Origin: Octopus bimaculoides
Lineage: Eukaryota
Length of the DNA stretch: 64,000 nucleotides
Assembly (NCBI RefSeq): GCF_001194135.2
Contig: NC_068982.1
Span: 39,589,881-39,653,880, forward strand
Direction of reading: 5' to 3'
Below, piece by piece: positions 13,490 through 26,745 of the stretch (within the stretch, counting starts at the first letter, position 1; each line of letters starts with the position of its first letter). The position numbers and the translations under genes are program-made. The notes under the pieces were generated by a model. It was not told the origin of the DNA, did no database searches, and saw only the letters and a program-made list of their open reading frames with translations.

Positions 13490-13800
13490 TATTTCAAATC
13501 CACAGTTTACCAGGCCGAACATGATCTTATAGTTATGTCAGGGCTTGTAGCTAGTTGAGGGCGATTTGCAGTGTTACTCGATGTAAACACCCAATTTACA
13601 TCGAGAAACGATGTCGGTGTTGCAGGTAGCAAGGACAGAATTCATTGGAATTTCACTCTTGAATTTGTAATTTTCCCGTTGGACAGCTTAATTTATTGTA
13701 GATTAACCAGATATCCTTTTTCAGTGTAACTATATGCACATGTGTTACATATTTGAGATAGGTACTGTTCGATGGTGCAGATTCTGGTATAGAACTACGT
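13490..13800 (-). mobile_element. CR1/L2-like LINE RT C-terminal relic
   Basis: Minus-strand NYKIMFGLVN resembles the CR1 TYKI..GLV motif. Heavily degenerate; may extend to about 14800. Confidence 0.4.
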
Positions 13801-15939
13801 CGATAATTTCAACATGGAGTAGAAGGCTCAGAATATGTAATGCATCTCTTTAGTAAATTTTTATAGTCTGGTGTTACCTAGATGCTGATTTTGTAATTCA
13901 TGTTATCATTGCTATTTCGTATTTAATACATATGCTATTTTGTGACAAATTTCTATACTGTGACATCTACATTCTTCTAAATTTATGGTATTCAAATTCT
14001 AATAGCAGCCTCTCTTATTGGTTGCAAACCAGAAATATAACCAAGTCATTAAAATAGGGTGGGGATCGCTGAATTTGAACAATTTACAAACTTGATTGAC
14101 AGAGTCAATAGTGACATCTTATAAAATACCACTCATGAATTGAGGATGTTGTTATATTATGTTACATAAGAGATTGTTCCTCAAATAATTGTTTCTTGTT
14201 ACTCTTTTGTTGTAGGTAGTGATAGATGTTTAATAGTCCCCCACAAAAAAGAACACTTCAAACCTGTTTATCAAGTCTCCATCATGATATTGTGGGGTGA
14301 TTTGAAGGCAAATTCAAGTGTAGATTTGACGACACGATCCGCAAAGAACCGTTCCATGTTCAGTTCTCGGTGGTGTTTATCAATATACTGAATATCTGTA
14401 TAAATTCAGTTATTCTATAAAAGGATCCTATAATCTGTTGGGAGAATTATTTCGACAGAAAATTCATGACAATAGTTCCATATGTCTGTTGGGAGTTCAT
14501 GGAGTCGTCGCTATTGCTTTGGAATTTCTAGAATTATTGCTTGAATATTTGTATTTCTAAGAAACACTGTTCATGTTTATTGTGTTCACCTTACTAAGAG
14601 CTGTAATAACATTATCGCATTGTTTGAATTTGTTACTTAATAGCAGTATTTCTGCTTGTAGTCATGTCTACACAGTTATTTCCGAAGTCTGCACTTTTAT
14701 AACCATGTCTACTATGCCAATAATATTATCTGTCATCGCAATTATGATTTCTGAAAGTTATAAACGGTAATAATATTCAGATTTGTTATTAATTGTGTAA
14801 GATTTTATATTGTTTAAGAGATTCTATCAGTAAGATCTGAGTGTAACAGTCCACAACGTAATTACGTAATTACCCTGCGTGATTAGTGGTGACACCCGTT
14901 TGCTAGGAGGTCTACAAAGTAGCAATATAGTTAGTGATTGTTGTTGTTTTGGTAGGCATGAAATAAACACTGATTAAGCATATCTATTACAAAAGACATT
15001 CTATATGTGGCTATTCCATTCTTTTGTATATCTTATCGAATATCTCATAGGTTTCTTGTAACGCGATAGTATGTGATTAGAGGTAATTTAATTCTCGCAA
15101 CTCGTTCCTAAATGATTTCAGAACGATCACTTCCATAATATTGTGTTGCGATGTGACACGATATAACGAGATATATTACTTCACTTACCTAATTATTTGA
15201 TAGTGAATTCCAAGTAATTATATGACATGCATATTAACGCAGCCTTAAATAATGAAATTTTGGTTAATAAATTATCTTATGTAACCATCATCAGTTACAT
15301 TTATATTATAATTCCTTGTTATTATATGAGTATTACCGTGGATATGTTTGATCCGATCTCTCAATGATTGTAGAGGGATCTTAATGTACAACGAAGTCGA
15401 AAGAGATGCAGAGGCTTTCCCTTTGATCATTGTTATGCTTTAAGCCCATGTTAGCCCTGATTGAGCTAACCGATTAACAAAAAGGTTAAAGTTGTGACTA
15501 TGCTTTCATTTGTATTCAGATATAATGTATTGGGAACTACAATATTAAGAGCAATCTCTCCCTTTTTTAAGAGAGTAGGTTAGGAATTCAGAGATTATTG
15601 ACTGTTATTTCAAGTAAGCTTTTGGTTCGTCGTTAATTTGGTATTTCTTTTAGTATTCATACAATACCTTGTCAATCTATAGGTCACATAACTATTGACT
15701 GAAGTCTCTGAACGCCTCAGTATTCCGGGAAAGGTCGATGTTTTGTCTTCATGATTAACACTACCTCATCAGACGTGTTAAATGAACAAATCTCTTTTTT
15801 CACCCACTAAAAGAAGTTAAAGCAATTTTTAAGAAAAATATTTTTTACCTCAACGTTTAATGCTACTTCTTCTCTACACAAGTGCATTTCATTCAGGCAA
15901 TTCAAACACTATCAATACTTTCTCCTTACTTTCATTTAA

Positions 15940-16140
15940 AGCGGCGAGCTTGCAGAAACGTTAGCACGCCGGGCAAAATGCTTAGAAGTATTTCGTCTGT
16001 CTTTACGCTCTGAGTTCAAATTGTACCAAAGTCGACTCTGCTTTCGGGGTCGATAAACTAAGTACCACTTGCGTACTGGTGTCGATCTAATCGACTGCCC
16101 CCCACCAAAAAAATTTCAAACCTTGTACCTATATTAGAAA
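15940..16140 (+). mobile_element. Family A SINE
   Basis: gcggcgagcttgcagaaacgttagcacgccgggc...gagttcaaatt...ttcggggtcgataaactaagtacc. Confidence 0.88.
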
Positions 16141-16669
16141 AGAAGACTTCCTTCTTACCGAGGTACAGTAAATTGATATTAAGCATAGTAATAAATTGAA
16201 TTTAAAGTTAATGATAATTATAATAAAATGTTTCATTACTGCATTTTCTTCCAACTGTTTTCGCACATTGCTCAAGGTTAAACTTTATGTTTATATGTTG
16301 AATGAAATGGCATATTAGATCAAGTATCTTCGTGGGATTTTGCTGACAGCGGCCATATAATTACAAGTAATCTATATATACACAGATTGGCTAATTATTT
16401 TACTGGCGCCTTGAGCCTAGTCTTAAATTCTGTTGAGTAGTTTGTAAGTTATATCAGACCAGGAGCTTGAGAAAGAGTTGGGGAAAAAAAATTATTTTGA
16501 ACCACACACATACATGTACACACACACACACGCACACACATACACACACATACACACATACATATCTAATATCATCTGGTAATAACCGCGTAACGTCCTT
16601 TACTGTTATCAGTTACCATACGCCATCATAAGGCAGAATTACTGCTGTTACTGGATATATGTTCTTTTA

Positions 16670-16841
16670 TACCTTTACTTGTTTCAATCATTTGAATGCA
16701 GCCATGCTTGAACACTACCTTTAGTCGAACAAATCGACCCCAAGACTGGATTTATTCTTTGCAACCCTAGTACTTATTCTGCCGCTCTCTTTTCCGACAT
16801 AAACACACCAGCATCAGTTTTCAAGCGATGGCAGGGGGACA

Positions 16842-16896
<55 letters not shown>

Positions 16897-16934
16897 NNNN
16901 NNNNNNNNNNNNNNNNNNNNNNNNNNNNNNNNNN

Positions 16935-16977
<43 letters not shown>

Positions 16978-17302
16978 GTAGAAATTTACAGAAAAAAAAG
17001 ACAGGTGTATTAGTTTGACGCTCGCGAAAGTGAGAAAGTCTTTTACGTTTTGAGCCTACGCTCTTCAATAGAAAGGAGCACTAGGAAATAAACAGAGAGA
17101 AAATTCTTTAAAACTTGTGGATTTAGTGGTATATACACGACGGGCTTCTTTCAGTTTCCGCCTACTAAATCCACTCAGAAAGCCTTGGTCGGCATGAGGC
17201 TATAATAGAAGACACTTGCCCAAGGTGATACGCAGTGGGGCTGAACCCGGAATCATGTGGTTGGGAAGCAAGCTTCTTACCACACAGCCACTCCTGCGCC
17301 TT
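16670..17302 (-). mobile_element. Family B SINE (OR2/CORE-like) interrupted by an insertion at about 16975-17115
   Basis: Tail 16670-16845, (CA)n, then head acgacgggcttctttcagtttccgcctactaaatccactc...cttgcccaagg...gaacccggaatcatgtggttgggaagcaagcttcttaccacacagccactcctgcgcc. Confidence 0.88.
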
Positions 17303-19299
17303 TGTGGAATTCCGTTAGCACATGTAGAATTTATATCAAAATTTATAAAACACGAAGGTGGAATGAACAGACTTTAATCATAAAATATAAAATGATGGGG
17401 AAGTGAACATGGTCCAGTAGTATAATCAAAACCACTCACGTGATGACGTGCCAGTACACAGCTACGGCTGCATCGTATTTATGTAATTACTTATAAAATA
17501 TTTTATGTAATAATATAATATGGGAAACTCAGTAACTAACAGCCGTTACCATTGCACAGAAACAATTGTTGAGATTTGTGATTAAAGCCTGTTAATTCCA
17601 TCTTCTTGTTACTAAAATAGTTAAGCATATGGATATGTTATTGAGTAAAGAATTCCACATAGAGCTAGGTATTCCATCATTTGGAGAGAGAAAAATAAGT
17701 GTGTGTGTGTGTGTGTGTTAAGAGTGAAGACAACTCAGTAGCCGCAGAAGCACTATCTCAGTGACTGGCAAGGGAGACAAGCTCCCTACGGTCACGGATA
17801 TAGCCTGATTATCGATGATTTCGCATTTTGATGCTAAACGTAACTTAATGTTCATCAGTGGCTCTCAACGCGCTGAGGGTTAAACTCATCTCACTTTGTC
17901 AGCTTATAAGATTTCTGTTGAAATCATACGCTGATTTCATAAACGGTGAAAGCGTAAATTATAAATAATAGGGGTGGATAATTCGGAATTTTACAAGCTA
18001 AAGGCAGAAATGTATACGTCACTAAAGTGAAGAATTCAGTGTTAAGTTCTGTTGTGTATTTCGTTCGTGGATTTGGATTTAGATATGGATTTGGTTTCTC
18101 TTGTGAAGTTATATAACTAACCAACGAGTATTAAAGAGATTTAATCATCGTGAGAAAAATGTTTTTCATTTTTATTTTTATGCTCAGCTCAGGATTTCGT
18201 TCAGTTCAAAATTAATAGATTTGATTAGTTGTAATGTGGAGAATGAATTAAATTTGTAAATATTAAATACAAACTGAAAATTACAAATCCAATTGTTCCA
18301 GGCTTCTTGTCTCTGATGGTATCTATTGTCTCAGAACGAAAAGTGTTGCCTCAAATCCGGTACAGAACTATTTCAAAGTTAATTGGCACAATACTGGTCA
18401 AAAAGTGATAGGTTGTTTTCTTTACTTCTGCTGTGTCAAAGTTATTATTTAAGAAGTTAATCAGTAATCGTCTCGCTGTTTGATTAACTTGCTTCCGTTT
18501 TGAAGTTTATTATATTTCGTCACGGATTTCCTTAGTTTTTATTTATTTATTTACTTATTTATTTATTAACTCTCATACTAGTAATGTTACTAGTTTGAGT
18601 TTGCCGTTAAATAACCTGACACAAAGGAAGCGATGACAAGGTTAATTTGTTCTTCTCAACATGTTTCGTGTCTTGAGAAAGAGTAATAAGTTGAATATGT
18701 TAAAAACTACAGAAAAATAATTATGAAAAACTGAAAATGTTCACTAATGATATCGTTATTACCTTCTATCGACTTTTCTAAGGTAGCAGACATAAATCTA
18801 TTGAGTATTCTTTACTCTCCGTTTTACTTCGGTTTTATAATGAAGTTAATTAGAATTGCAATTTATCATAAGAGTTTTGTTTAATTTTCTTTTCTGCCTT
18901 AGTTTTATTTTTTGTTTTGTCACATCTATATTTACATTTAGTTTCGTTTTCCTCTAATTTTAATGAGAACCTGTCAAGATTTTTTTTCTTAAATTTTAAA
19001 TTATATGGTAGTAACAAATGATGTCTCCCTTTTCGAGTATTGCTGTTGACTAACATAGTGGATATGCTTGGAGGACAAGGATTTCAAGTGCGTCCATTAT
19101 ATTTACAGACAATCCCATTATCTTCAACCATGAGCTAATCAACATCCCATGTACCACGTGGAGAAGTCGGCCAAACGATAGACAAACATAGATGGATAGC
19201 TTGCTAGATAGATAGATGGAGAGAGAGAGAGAGAGATAGAGAGAGAGAGGGAGAAAGAGAGGGAGAGAGAGGAGGGCGGAGAAAAAGAAAGAGAAACAA

Positions 19300-21115
19300 A
19301 AGTGCTGACATCCAGCTTATATGCTGAAAGATGGATGAGAGTGACAAGTTTAGTAGTGCTGAATTCTCAATAGGCAACTTAATGCTTAAAGTAGGTTAAA
19401 GGAAGGCAGATGCTGGTATTGAGAGTAGACAAGAACTGGTAGGTTCCGGTCAATTGTCTTCTTCACGCATCAGTGAAGATCACCCTGAAGATTATTGGGA
19501 AATATGCTCCAACAAATACTAAGACGATGAAGTGGAAGAATTCCACCAAAAGCTATGCGAAGCGTTAGCTCCCAAAGTTTGTGAAAGAACGGCAAGGAGA
19601 GATATATGTTGGAAAGTTTCGATCAGGAGAGAGAAATGAAAGAAGAGTACGTTTGGTTACCATGGGGGAGGGATGAATACTACATTGGGAACAGCCTATT
19701 CAGGAAGTAATCTAGAAACTGATGAACTTGGGTGCCAGATACGTTCAAAATGAAAATATCTACATCCTAGAAAACAAACAGCGCATAATGCATAACGTCT
19801 CGGTGAGCACCTAGAATGATAATCACTTGCTACAGGTGGAGATCGTTATCAACAAAATCATATAGATGAAAGGTTTGCACATCTCAATGAATAATCAATG
19901 CGTCTAACCTTGGATATGACGCGGTTGCAGGATGCTAAAGAGAGGGCAGTTTAGTGTCAACTTGAAGAGGTTGATGAAGACTAAAATTCATTGGTGCAGA
20001 AAATTAAAAGCTGTATGTGAAAGGTGAGAATTGCAAGCGAGCAGGAACCTGACGTAATTATCTCAAAGGAGACGAAGAGAATGCTAAGAAAAAAGAGAAC
20101 TATAAAAAGGAACATGAAAGATCGCCTCGAGTATTCCTTTCTCCACAAAGTGATTACACATCTAGGAAATGACTTCGAGAAATATAGACTGAAGAAGCTG
20201 ATGCAGGATGCAGAAGAAAGGAAATGTGTAAAACAGTGTAGGAAAGAGCAGGCACTCTTTAGGGCAGAGCGGAGGACACTTAATAACAATGACTGGCTCA
20301 CAGTGACGAAGGGGAAATGAAGCGACATGTAAAACTTTCTATATCAATCATTTTAAATCATCAGTGAAGATCAATCATCCAAATATTTGGAAGAAGTTCC
20401 TCCTATTTTGTTCAGATAAGTTGAAGATATCCTCAGGCTGATGAAAGCAGTAAAAGCTCCGAAAGAAGATGACAAAACAACAGAAATGTTAAGATGCAGA
20501 GGTGAAAAGTTGTGAAAATCCCTCATCATACACTTCAATAGCTATATTTAGGCGGGTAAATTACCCACGCTGTGGAAAGAGTCGAACACCAATTTTCTTT
20601 ATAAGATGGGTGATAAAGAAGATTTAAGAAACTATCGACTCATAAGCCTCTTGTCTCACCTTGGTTAGCTGTATACACCAGACTATTGAAATATGTCCAT
20701 GACAATCGACCGAGGGAGCTAGCGGATTTCCATAAGAATTACAGCCCGATGGATCACATATCCTCTCCATCATAGCGTATTTATAATGTTGGGTGATGAC
20801 TGAAAGAGTAGGGGTGCGAACACAAGCGGCCAGAATGAATTTCCACTGAAAGGTCTCCTGAGTAATGTTAATCAACAAGATGTGTAGCTCGAAGATCAAG
20901 GAGTACCACTCCCGCCAGATAGAGCCTCTACTTCTCAGCATTGAGGGGTAACAGCTTCGGTACTACAGACATGTGATTAGAATACCGCAGGTAAAAAGTA
21001 TCGCCAAGTCCGATTTTTCAAGCCGAGCCAACTGACAGAAGAGCTAAGCATTAACCAAGAACGAGATGGTTGGATATCCATAGTCTCAGTTCGTCACGCT
21101 TGGAAATTCATCCAG
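19300..21115 (+). mobile_element. Decayed RTE-clade LINE (APE endonuclease + partial RT)
   Basis: TLKII.KYAPT..DDEVEEFHQKL, GERNE, IGNSLFRK (APE). KAVKAP..DDKTTEML and WKESNTNFLYKMGDKEDLRNYRLISLLSHL (RT entry). Internal deletions and stops. Confidence 0.88.
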
Positions 21116-22029
21116 AAAGTCTCAAAATGGTTGCTTCTAATGAGAACCATCCTCCTATGGAGGAGATGCTTGAGGACTCTACTCTCACGAACTTCTTACG
21201 AATAGTGGGCGGAGACGGATGGATTTTTCTGCATAACTTTATTTGATTTTGTAAATGAACAACTAAGTATGTTTGTTTTACTGGCCTACCAATAAATAGA
21301 GTGAGTGTCTTTGGCCTAGGTGCCGGGAAAACATTCTCGAAGTAATGATAACTAAACTGAAGGAAGAAAAATAAATAATAACAGAAGGAGGAGGAGGGGG
21401 GTTGTGACATGTACCGTAATTCCGGAAGTGAGGAATACTACAAAAGTTGCTGATATCAACAAGAATTTTCTGTATCGTGAAGATCACAGAAAAATATACA
21501 TATAAATTCTGTACCAGGAGGTCCTAATAATTATTACAGATCCGACAGTTGCCATTTTCTAGAAAGCACTTAAGATTTCCTTACAGACAATCTGTCAACA
21601 TTATCACTGACATAGTGGTCTAGAATTCCAATTGTACTATCTACACATGGGTTGATGAATTAATTCTATCGCTATATTTATTCGCTTTGCATTTCACTTC
21701 TGTGCAACATTTTCTCTCTTTGTTATTGAGAAGTAGGTTACGAATAAACTATTGTCATTTTTCAAATAGAAAAAGGTCAGGCGTACATTTTCTTTACTAT
21801 TTGTCTATCTAGGTTTCAAATATGGACGTCTATATGAGTTGTTACAGACTTGCTTCTCGAAGGAGTAAAAGTAAGTGAAATATATGCAGTGTAAGTTTAC
21901 TATGTTGATTCATCTCTAATTATATCTCACAGAACATAGAGTAGGACACCCTAATTCAATATGTTACACTGTTTCAGAAAATACACCACAAAGATGATAT
22001 CTATTTCACAGTAATTTATCGTTTATCTC

Positions 22030-22229
22030 TTCCTGTTTTTCAGTCGATGGATACTGGCCATGCGACAGTGCCACCTTGAAGTCTTTAGTCCAACAAATCG
22101 ATCAAAGTACTTATATTTAAGCCTGACATTTACTCTAACTCTTTTGACTAAAAGCTAGCTTATGGGAACGTGAAAAAGTTTCACCGGTTGTCAAGGGTGT
22201 AGGGTACAAGCACAAACATAATGACACAC

Positions 22230-22262
<33 letters not shown>

Positions 22263-22271
22263 ACACAAACT

Positions 22272-22343
<72 letters not shown>

Positions 22344-23108
22344 NNNNNNNNNNNNNNNNNNNNNNNNNNNNNNNNNNNNNNNNNNNNNNNNNNNNNNNNN
22401 NNNNNNNNNNNNNNNNNNNNNNNNNNNNNNNNNNNNNNNNNNNNNNNNNNNNAATGGTACAACAAGGTACCGATATTTACTGGACAATAGCAATCGATAT
22501 AAAAACGACGCTATTATATAGCTTCACTGCGTATATACTGGCAAAAATGCGTGTGTGCAACAAAACATGAAAAACTTGTCTTACCTTAGGAAGAACATCC
22601 GAAAATGAACAACCCAGATTAAGGATAATGCAGTACCTAGGTTTCAGACTTTTCAAATACGTTTCACAACGTAAATCTGATTAGTCCTCATCAGCTGCAT
22701 TCACCTAGACAACATTTCAAATGTTGCCACATCAATGCCAAGTATATTTGACTGCAGCTATGGTAGAGCACCAAATTTAGTCGAAGAAAATGACCCCAGG
22801 ACTTATTCTTTGTAAACCTAGTACTTACTCTATCGATCTCTTTTGCTGAAACGCTAGTTTAAGAGACGTACACATACCAGCATTGGTTGTCAACCGATGG
22901 CAGGGGGACAAAAACACACACACACACACATATGCACACATACACCCAATGGGTTTATTTCCGTTTCCGTTTGGCAAATCCACTCACGCTTTGGTCAACC
23001 CGAGGCTATAGTAGAAAACATTTGCCCAAGGTGCCATGCAGTGAGACTGAACCCGGAACCATGTGGTTGGGAAGCAAGCTTCTTACCAGACAGCCACGTC
23101 TGCGCCTA
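22030..23108 (-). mobile_element. Family B SINEs: tail fragment (22030-22215) and a near-complete copy (22740-23108)
   Basis: Same tail and head motifs as 37855-38303 (gacttattctttgtaaacctagtacttac; gaacccggaaccatgtggttgggaagcaagc). Confidence 0.85.
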
Positions 23109-23814
23109 TATACATACATACATATATATATATATACATGTATATATATNNNNNNNNNNNNNNNNNNNNNNNNNNNNNNNNNNNNNNNNNNNNNNNNNNN
23201 NNNNNNNNNNNNNNNNNNNNNNNNNNNNNNNNNNNNNNNNNNNNNNNNNNNNNNNNNNNNNNNNNNNNNNNNNNNNNNNNNNNNNNNNNNNNNNNNNNNN
23301 NNNNNNNNNNNNNNNNNNNNNNNNNNNNNNNNNNNNNNNNNNNNNNNNNNNNNNNNNNNNNNNNNNNNNNNNNNNNNNNNNNNNNNNNNNNNNNNNNNNN
23401 NNNNNNNNNNNNNNNNNNNNNNNNNNNNNNNNNNNNNNNNNNNNNNNNNNNNNNNNNNNNNNNNNNNNNNNNNNNNNNNNNNNNNNNNNNNNNNNNNNNN
23501 NNNNNNNNNNNNNNNNNNNNNNATATATATATATATATACACAATATTAAATCTCTGAGCGAAAAGTAAACAGTAAAGTACGGAATCGTAAAATATAATT
23601 GCCAACTAAATGTGGCTACTATTATTTTTAGCCCCAGGAAGACATCTCCTCCAGCTATCTATTGACACACTGTCTGTGTCCGATTAGTATTTGCGAAGTG
23701 AAGTCATCGCTCCCATCTCTAACCTTACGTGATACACATAGACCCGGGTTTCTGGATAGTAAGCTGCCATCAGTGTGTGATAATTACTATCTCGGATTGT
23801 ATTGACTTCACTTT

Positions 23815-24705
23815 TACTCATTTAATTGACCCCGAAAGGATGAAAAGCAAAGTCGACCTCGGTGAGAGTTGAACTCTGAACGTAAAAACAGACGAACTAC
23901 CACTAAGCGTTTTGCCCGACGTGCTAACGATTGTGCTAGATCGCTGCCTTTTATATTCCTTTCTACTATAGGTACAAGGCCTGAAATTTCAGGGCAGGGG
24001 CTAAGTGGATTACATCGACACCACTGCTCAACTGGTAGTTCTTTTATGGAGACCGAAAAGCTGAAAGGTAAAGTTAACCTCGGTGGAGATTGAACTCAGA
24101 ACGTAAAGACGGACAAATTGCCGCTGAGCATTTAACGCGGCATACTAATGATTCTACCAGCGCGCCGACTGTAATACTAATAAAAGTTTCTAATATAAGT
24201 ACAAGAGTAGCAATTTTGAGGGTAGGTATTAAGTCGACATCATTGGGCCCAGTACTTCACTGATACGTTTTTATTATCGGCCTCGAAAATACTGGCCTTG
24301 TGCCGAAATTTGAACCAATATTATAATAAGCAGTAAGCTGATAGAATTCGTTAGTGTCTGGGTCTTTACGTTCTAATTCAAATTTCGTCGTAATCAACTT
24401 TAACTTACGTCCCTCTGGAATCGCTAAAATAAAGTCGGAGTGAAACGCTGGGATTGATGTAATAGACTAGCCTCTTCCTCCCCCAAATTGCATGCTTTGT
24501 GCCTATATGAGAAACAATAAGGCAGCAAGCTGGCAAAATCGTTACCTCACCGGAGTAAATGCTTAGCAGGATTTTGTTGGACAACTTTACCTTTCGTCCT
24601 TTCAGGGCCGATAAAATAGGTACAATTTCAGCCCTGGAATCAATGTTACCGTTTCTCTTCTTCCCTCAAAATTGCTGACCTTGTGAACAAATTAGAAAGA
24701 ATTAT
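23815..24705. mobile_element. Cluster of about 5 family A SINE copies (two minus, then tail and plus copies)
   Basis: Minus copies at 23815-23950 and 23955-24170; plus copies at about 24330-24520 and 24520-24705. Confidence 0.8.
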
Positions 24706-24899
24706 TATTTAACATAATTTTTTTTTAAATTGTAATTGCTGTTATTATTTTTGTTTCCTGACCTGACAAGTTATGTTTTAGCAAATTCTGACGTTTTGAG
24801 TTGTTACTAAATGAAAGCTGTTTCGATATTTCACAAGAGAATCTGATTAGAAACACCCAGAGGTATTCTTATACAATCTTCTTGAAGTTTTGTAGACAT

Positions 24900-25620
24900 C
24901 TTATTTATGTTCCTTCTTGGAATACACTTAGAAAATGGCGTCTGCAACAAAAACAACAATAAACAAGAAGGTACCACTACTACCATCACTGACACTAAAA
25001 ATGATTACAATACATTTGACGAATAGAACAAGAGGAAAATTAAAAATACTAAATTCACAAACACGTCGAGTTCAATATACGAAAACAAAACAATACGTAA
25101 ATACTGACAGTATCAGCCACATTTTGTGATTAATTCTGTTAGTAACAACATCAACAACAAAAATACAACGAGTTTCCTACAAACACACAGCGGGTGAAAA
25201 TATAAAGAGATATACTTCATGAAAATAAGCTGTGTTGTTAAAGCTACAAGAAAAAAGAATCTGGTATATGACCAAACTTACGCGAAAACGACCAATCTGA
25301 CAAAAATACAGTGAATCGCAATGTTTTTCCTTGTCTAAAAAGCATATCTAAGATTTGAAGAAGAGAGCAGCTGCTTCAATCGAATTCAAACAAAATGGCA
25401 AGGTCTCCATCGCTCGCAAGACAGCAAATGGAATAGACTCTTTTCGGCGGATGAAAAAATATACTCGCTACCCAAAGGAGTCTGTGAGACATTTTACCGG
25501 GTCTTTATAAACAGGACATAGTAAGGAAATATATTGAAATTCTGAAAGCCTTTCTTGCTCTCTTATTTGTCTTAATGGCCTCTGAAAACCTCAGAACCAT
25601 ATCGGAGTTTTAAGATATAA
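24900..25620 (+). mobile_element. Decayed CR1/Rex-Babar-like endonuclease-region relic
   Basis: RENDQSDKNTVNRN loosely fits the TR.N..LD.CY.N motif. Shares aaggtctccatc with the 44800-45490 relic. Confidence 0.3.
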
Positions 25621-26179
25621 ATGAAAAGCATGGTAATATTGCTGCTGGGTAAAAAAAAAAAAAGAGTTGTTAAGGTTGTCCTGATAAGCTAGAGATGTAT
25701 AGCAGAAAGGAGATCAGAAAACCCCGGTACCCAGACAGTTATCGACCTGTGGGCACTTTCTGGTTCGCTCCAATGCCTGAACGTCTCAAGGACTGTTTTG
25801 GCATGATAGAGTTTTGGTATCTGAAAAGTGTTAGGGTATTATGAAAATAATCAGTGCCCTGGAGGTGCTTTGACCTAACTAGCTAGAGTTTCTCACCGTA
25901 TATGGGTGAACAGCCCTAAATATTTTTCATATAATAAACCTTGTTTGAATTATAGCGTATTCTTACATAATTTCATACCTGTTCCATGTCACAAATCAAG
26001 TTTTTAACCCATCCACTGTATAGCGTCCTCACCTCTCACTCGTTTTTATGTAACTTTGTCTATTACACTTGTATAGTAGTTACCAAATTTCTAACATTTA
26101 TTGTATTACACGCGAAAGCTCTTTGTAAGCTCTTTTTAAAGGCATCACCACCGTGATTATCATCATTAATGCTAACAAT

Positions 26180-26745
26180 AGCAGTAGTGGCATATTTCGC
26201 AGTTTAATAGAAACTTGTTCTGCGCTTCTATATGCACCGTCGAGATTTGAGGGGTGTGTGCGGTATTGCATTTTTGGGATTGTAGATTTGTGCTTTTATG
26301 CTATATTGCTTTGTTTATATGTGTCTGGTGTTACATCTGTTTGCTTTGTAACATATGTTTGCTATGAGTTGTTGTTTATCACAGGGTGAACTCTAAGCTG
26401 GCTTATCGAAGCCATTCCATGAGAAAATATTCTGTATGTTTGAGATAGGTGAGTGATTTGAAGGAAAGTTGGTTGTAATTTTAACAGGCTGATCATTGTA
26501 CCTTCCTTTTTTTATTGAATGGTATCTGTGTTTCGATTACGTTGTGTAAATCGTGTAATGTGCTTTGTGCCAAGTAGAGATCGTGTAGAGTATGTGAAAT
26601 GTGTATTGTGTGGATATTGTTATATATTGTACGACAATTACATGAAATGTGTCGAAGAAATTGTTGATGGTTGTTGAGATGTGTTATAATATCGGGCGTC
26701 AATTGGTCATTAATTATGAATGTAATATTATGCAATTAATCAAAT
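26180..26745 (-). mobile_element. CR1/L2-like LINE RT fragment
   Basis: FIINDQLTPDII...CRTIYNNIHT...TLHDL...QIPFNKKRKVQ aligns to FINDLPD..FADD..IYR.I....LQ.DL..W...FN.KKCKV. Downstream KANRCN..KAQIY. Confidence 0.65.

Noticed and set aside
17436-17451. TCACGTGATGACGTG (E-box plus CRE-like half site)
   Set aside because: Short motifs with no promoter context or conservation evidence.
22584-22677. Minus-strand exon candidate with strong GTAAGA donor
   Set aside because: It overlaps a PLE-like tail with a hammerhead relic, the acceptor is weak, and the phase is incompatible with exon 28407.
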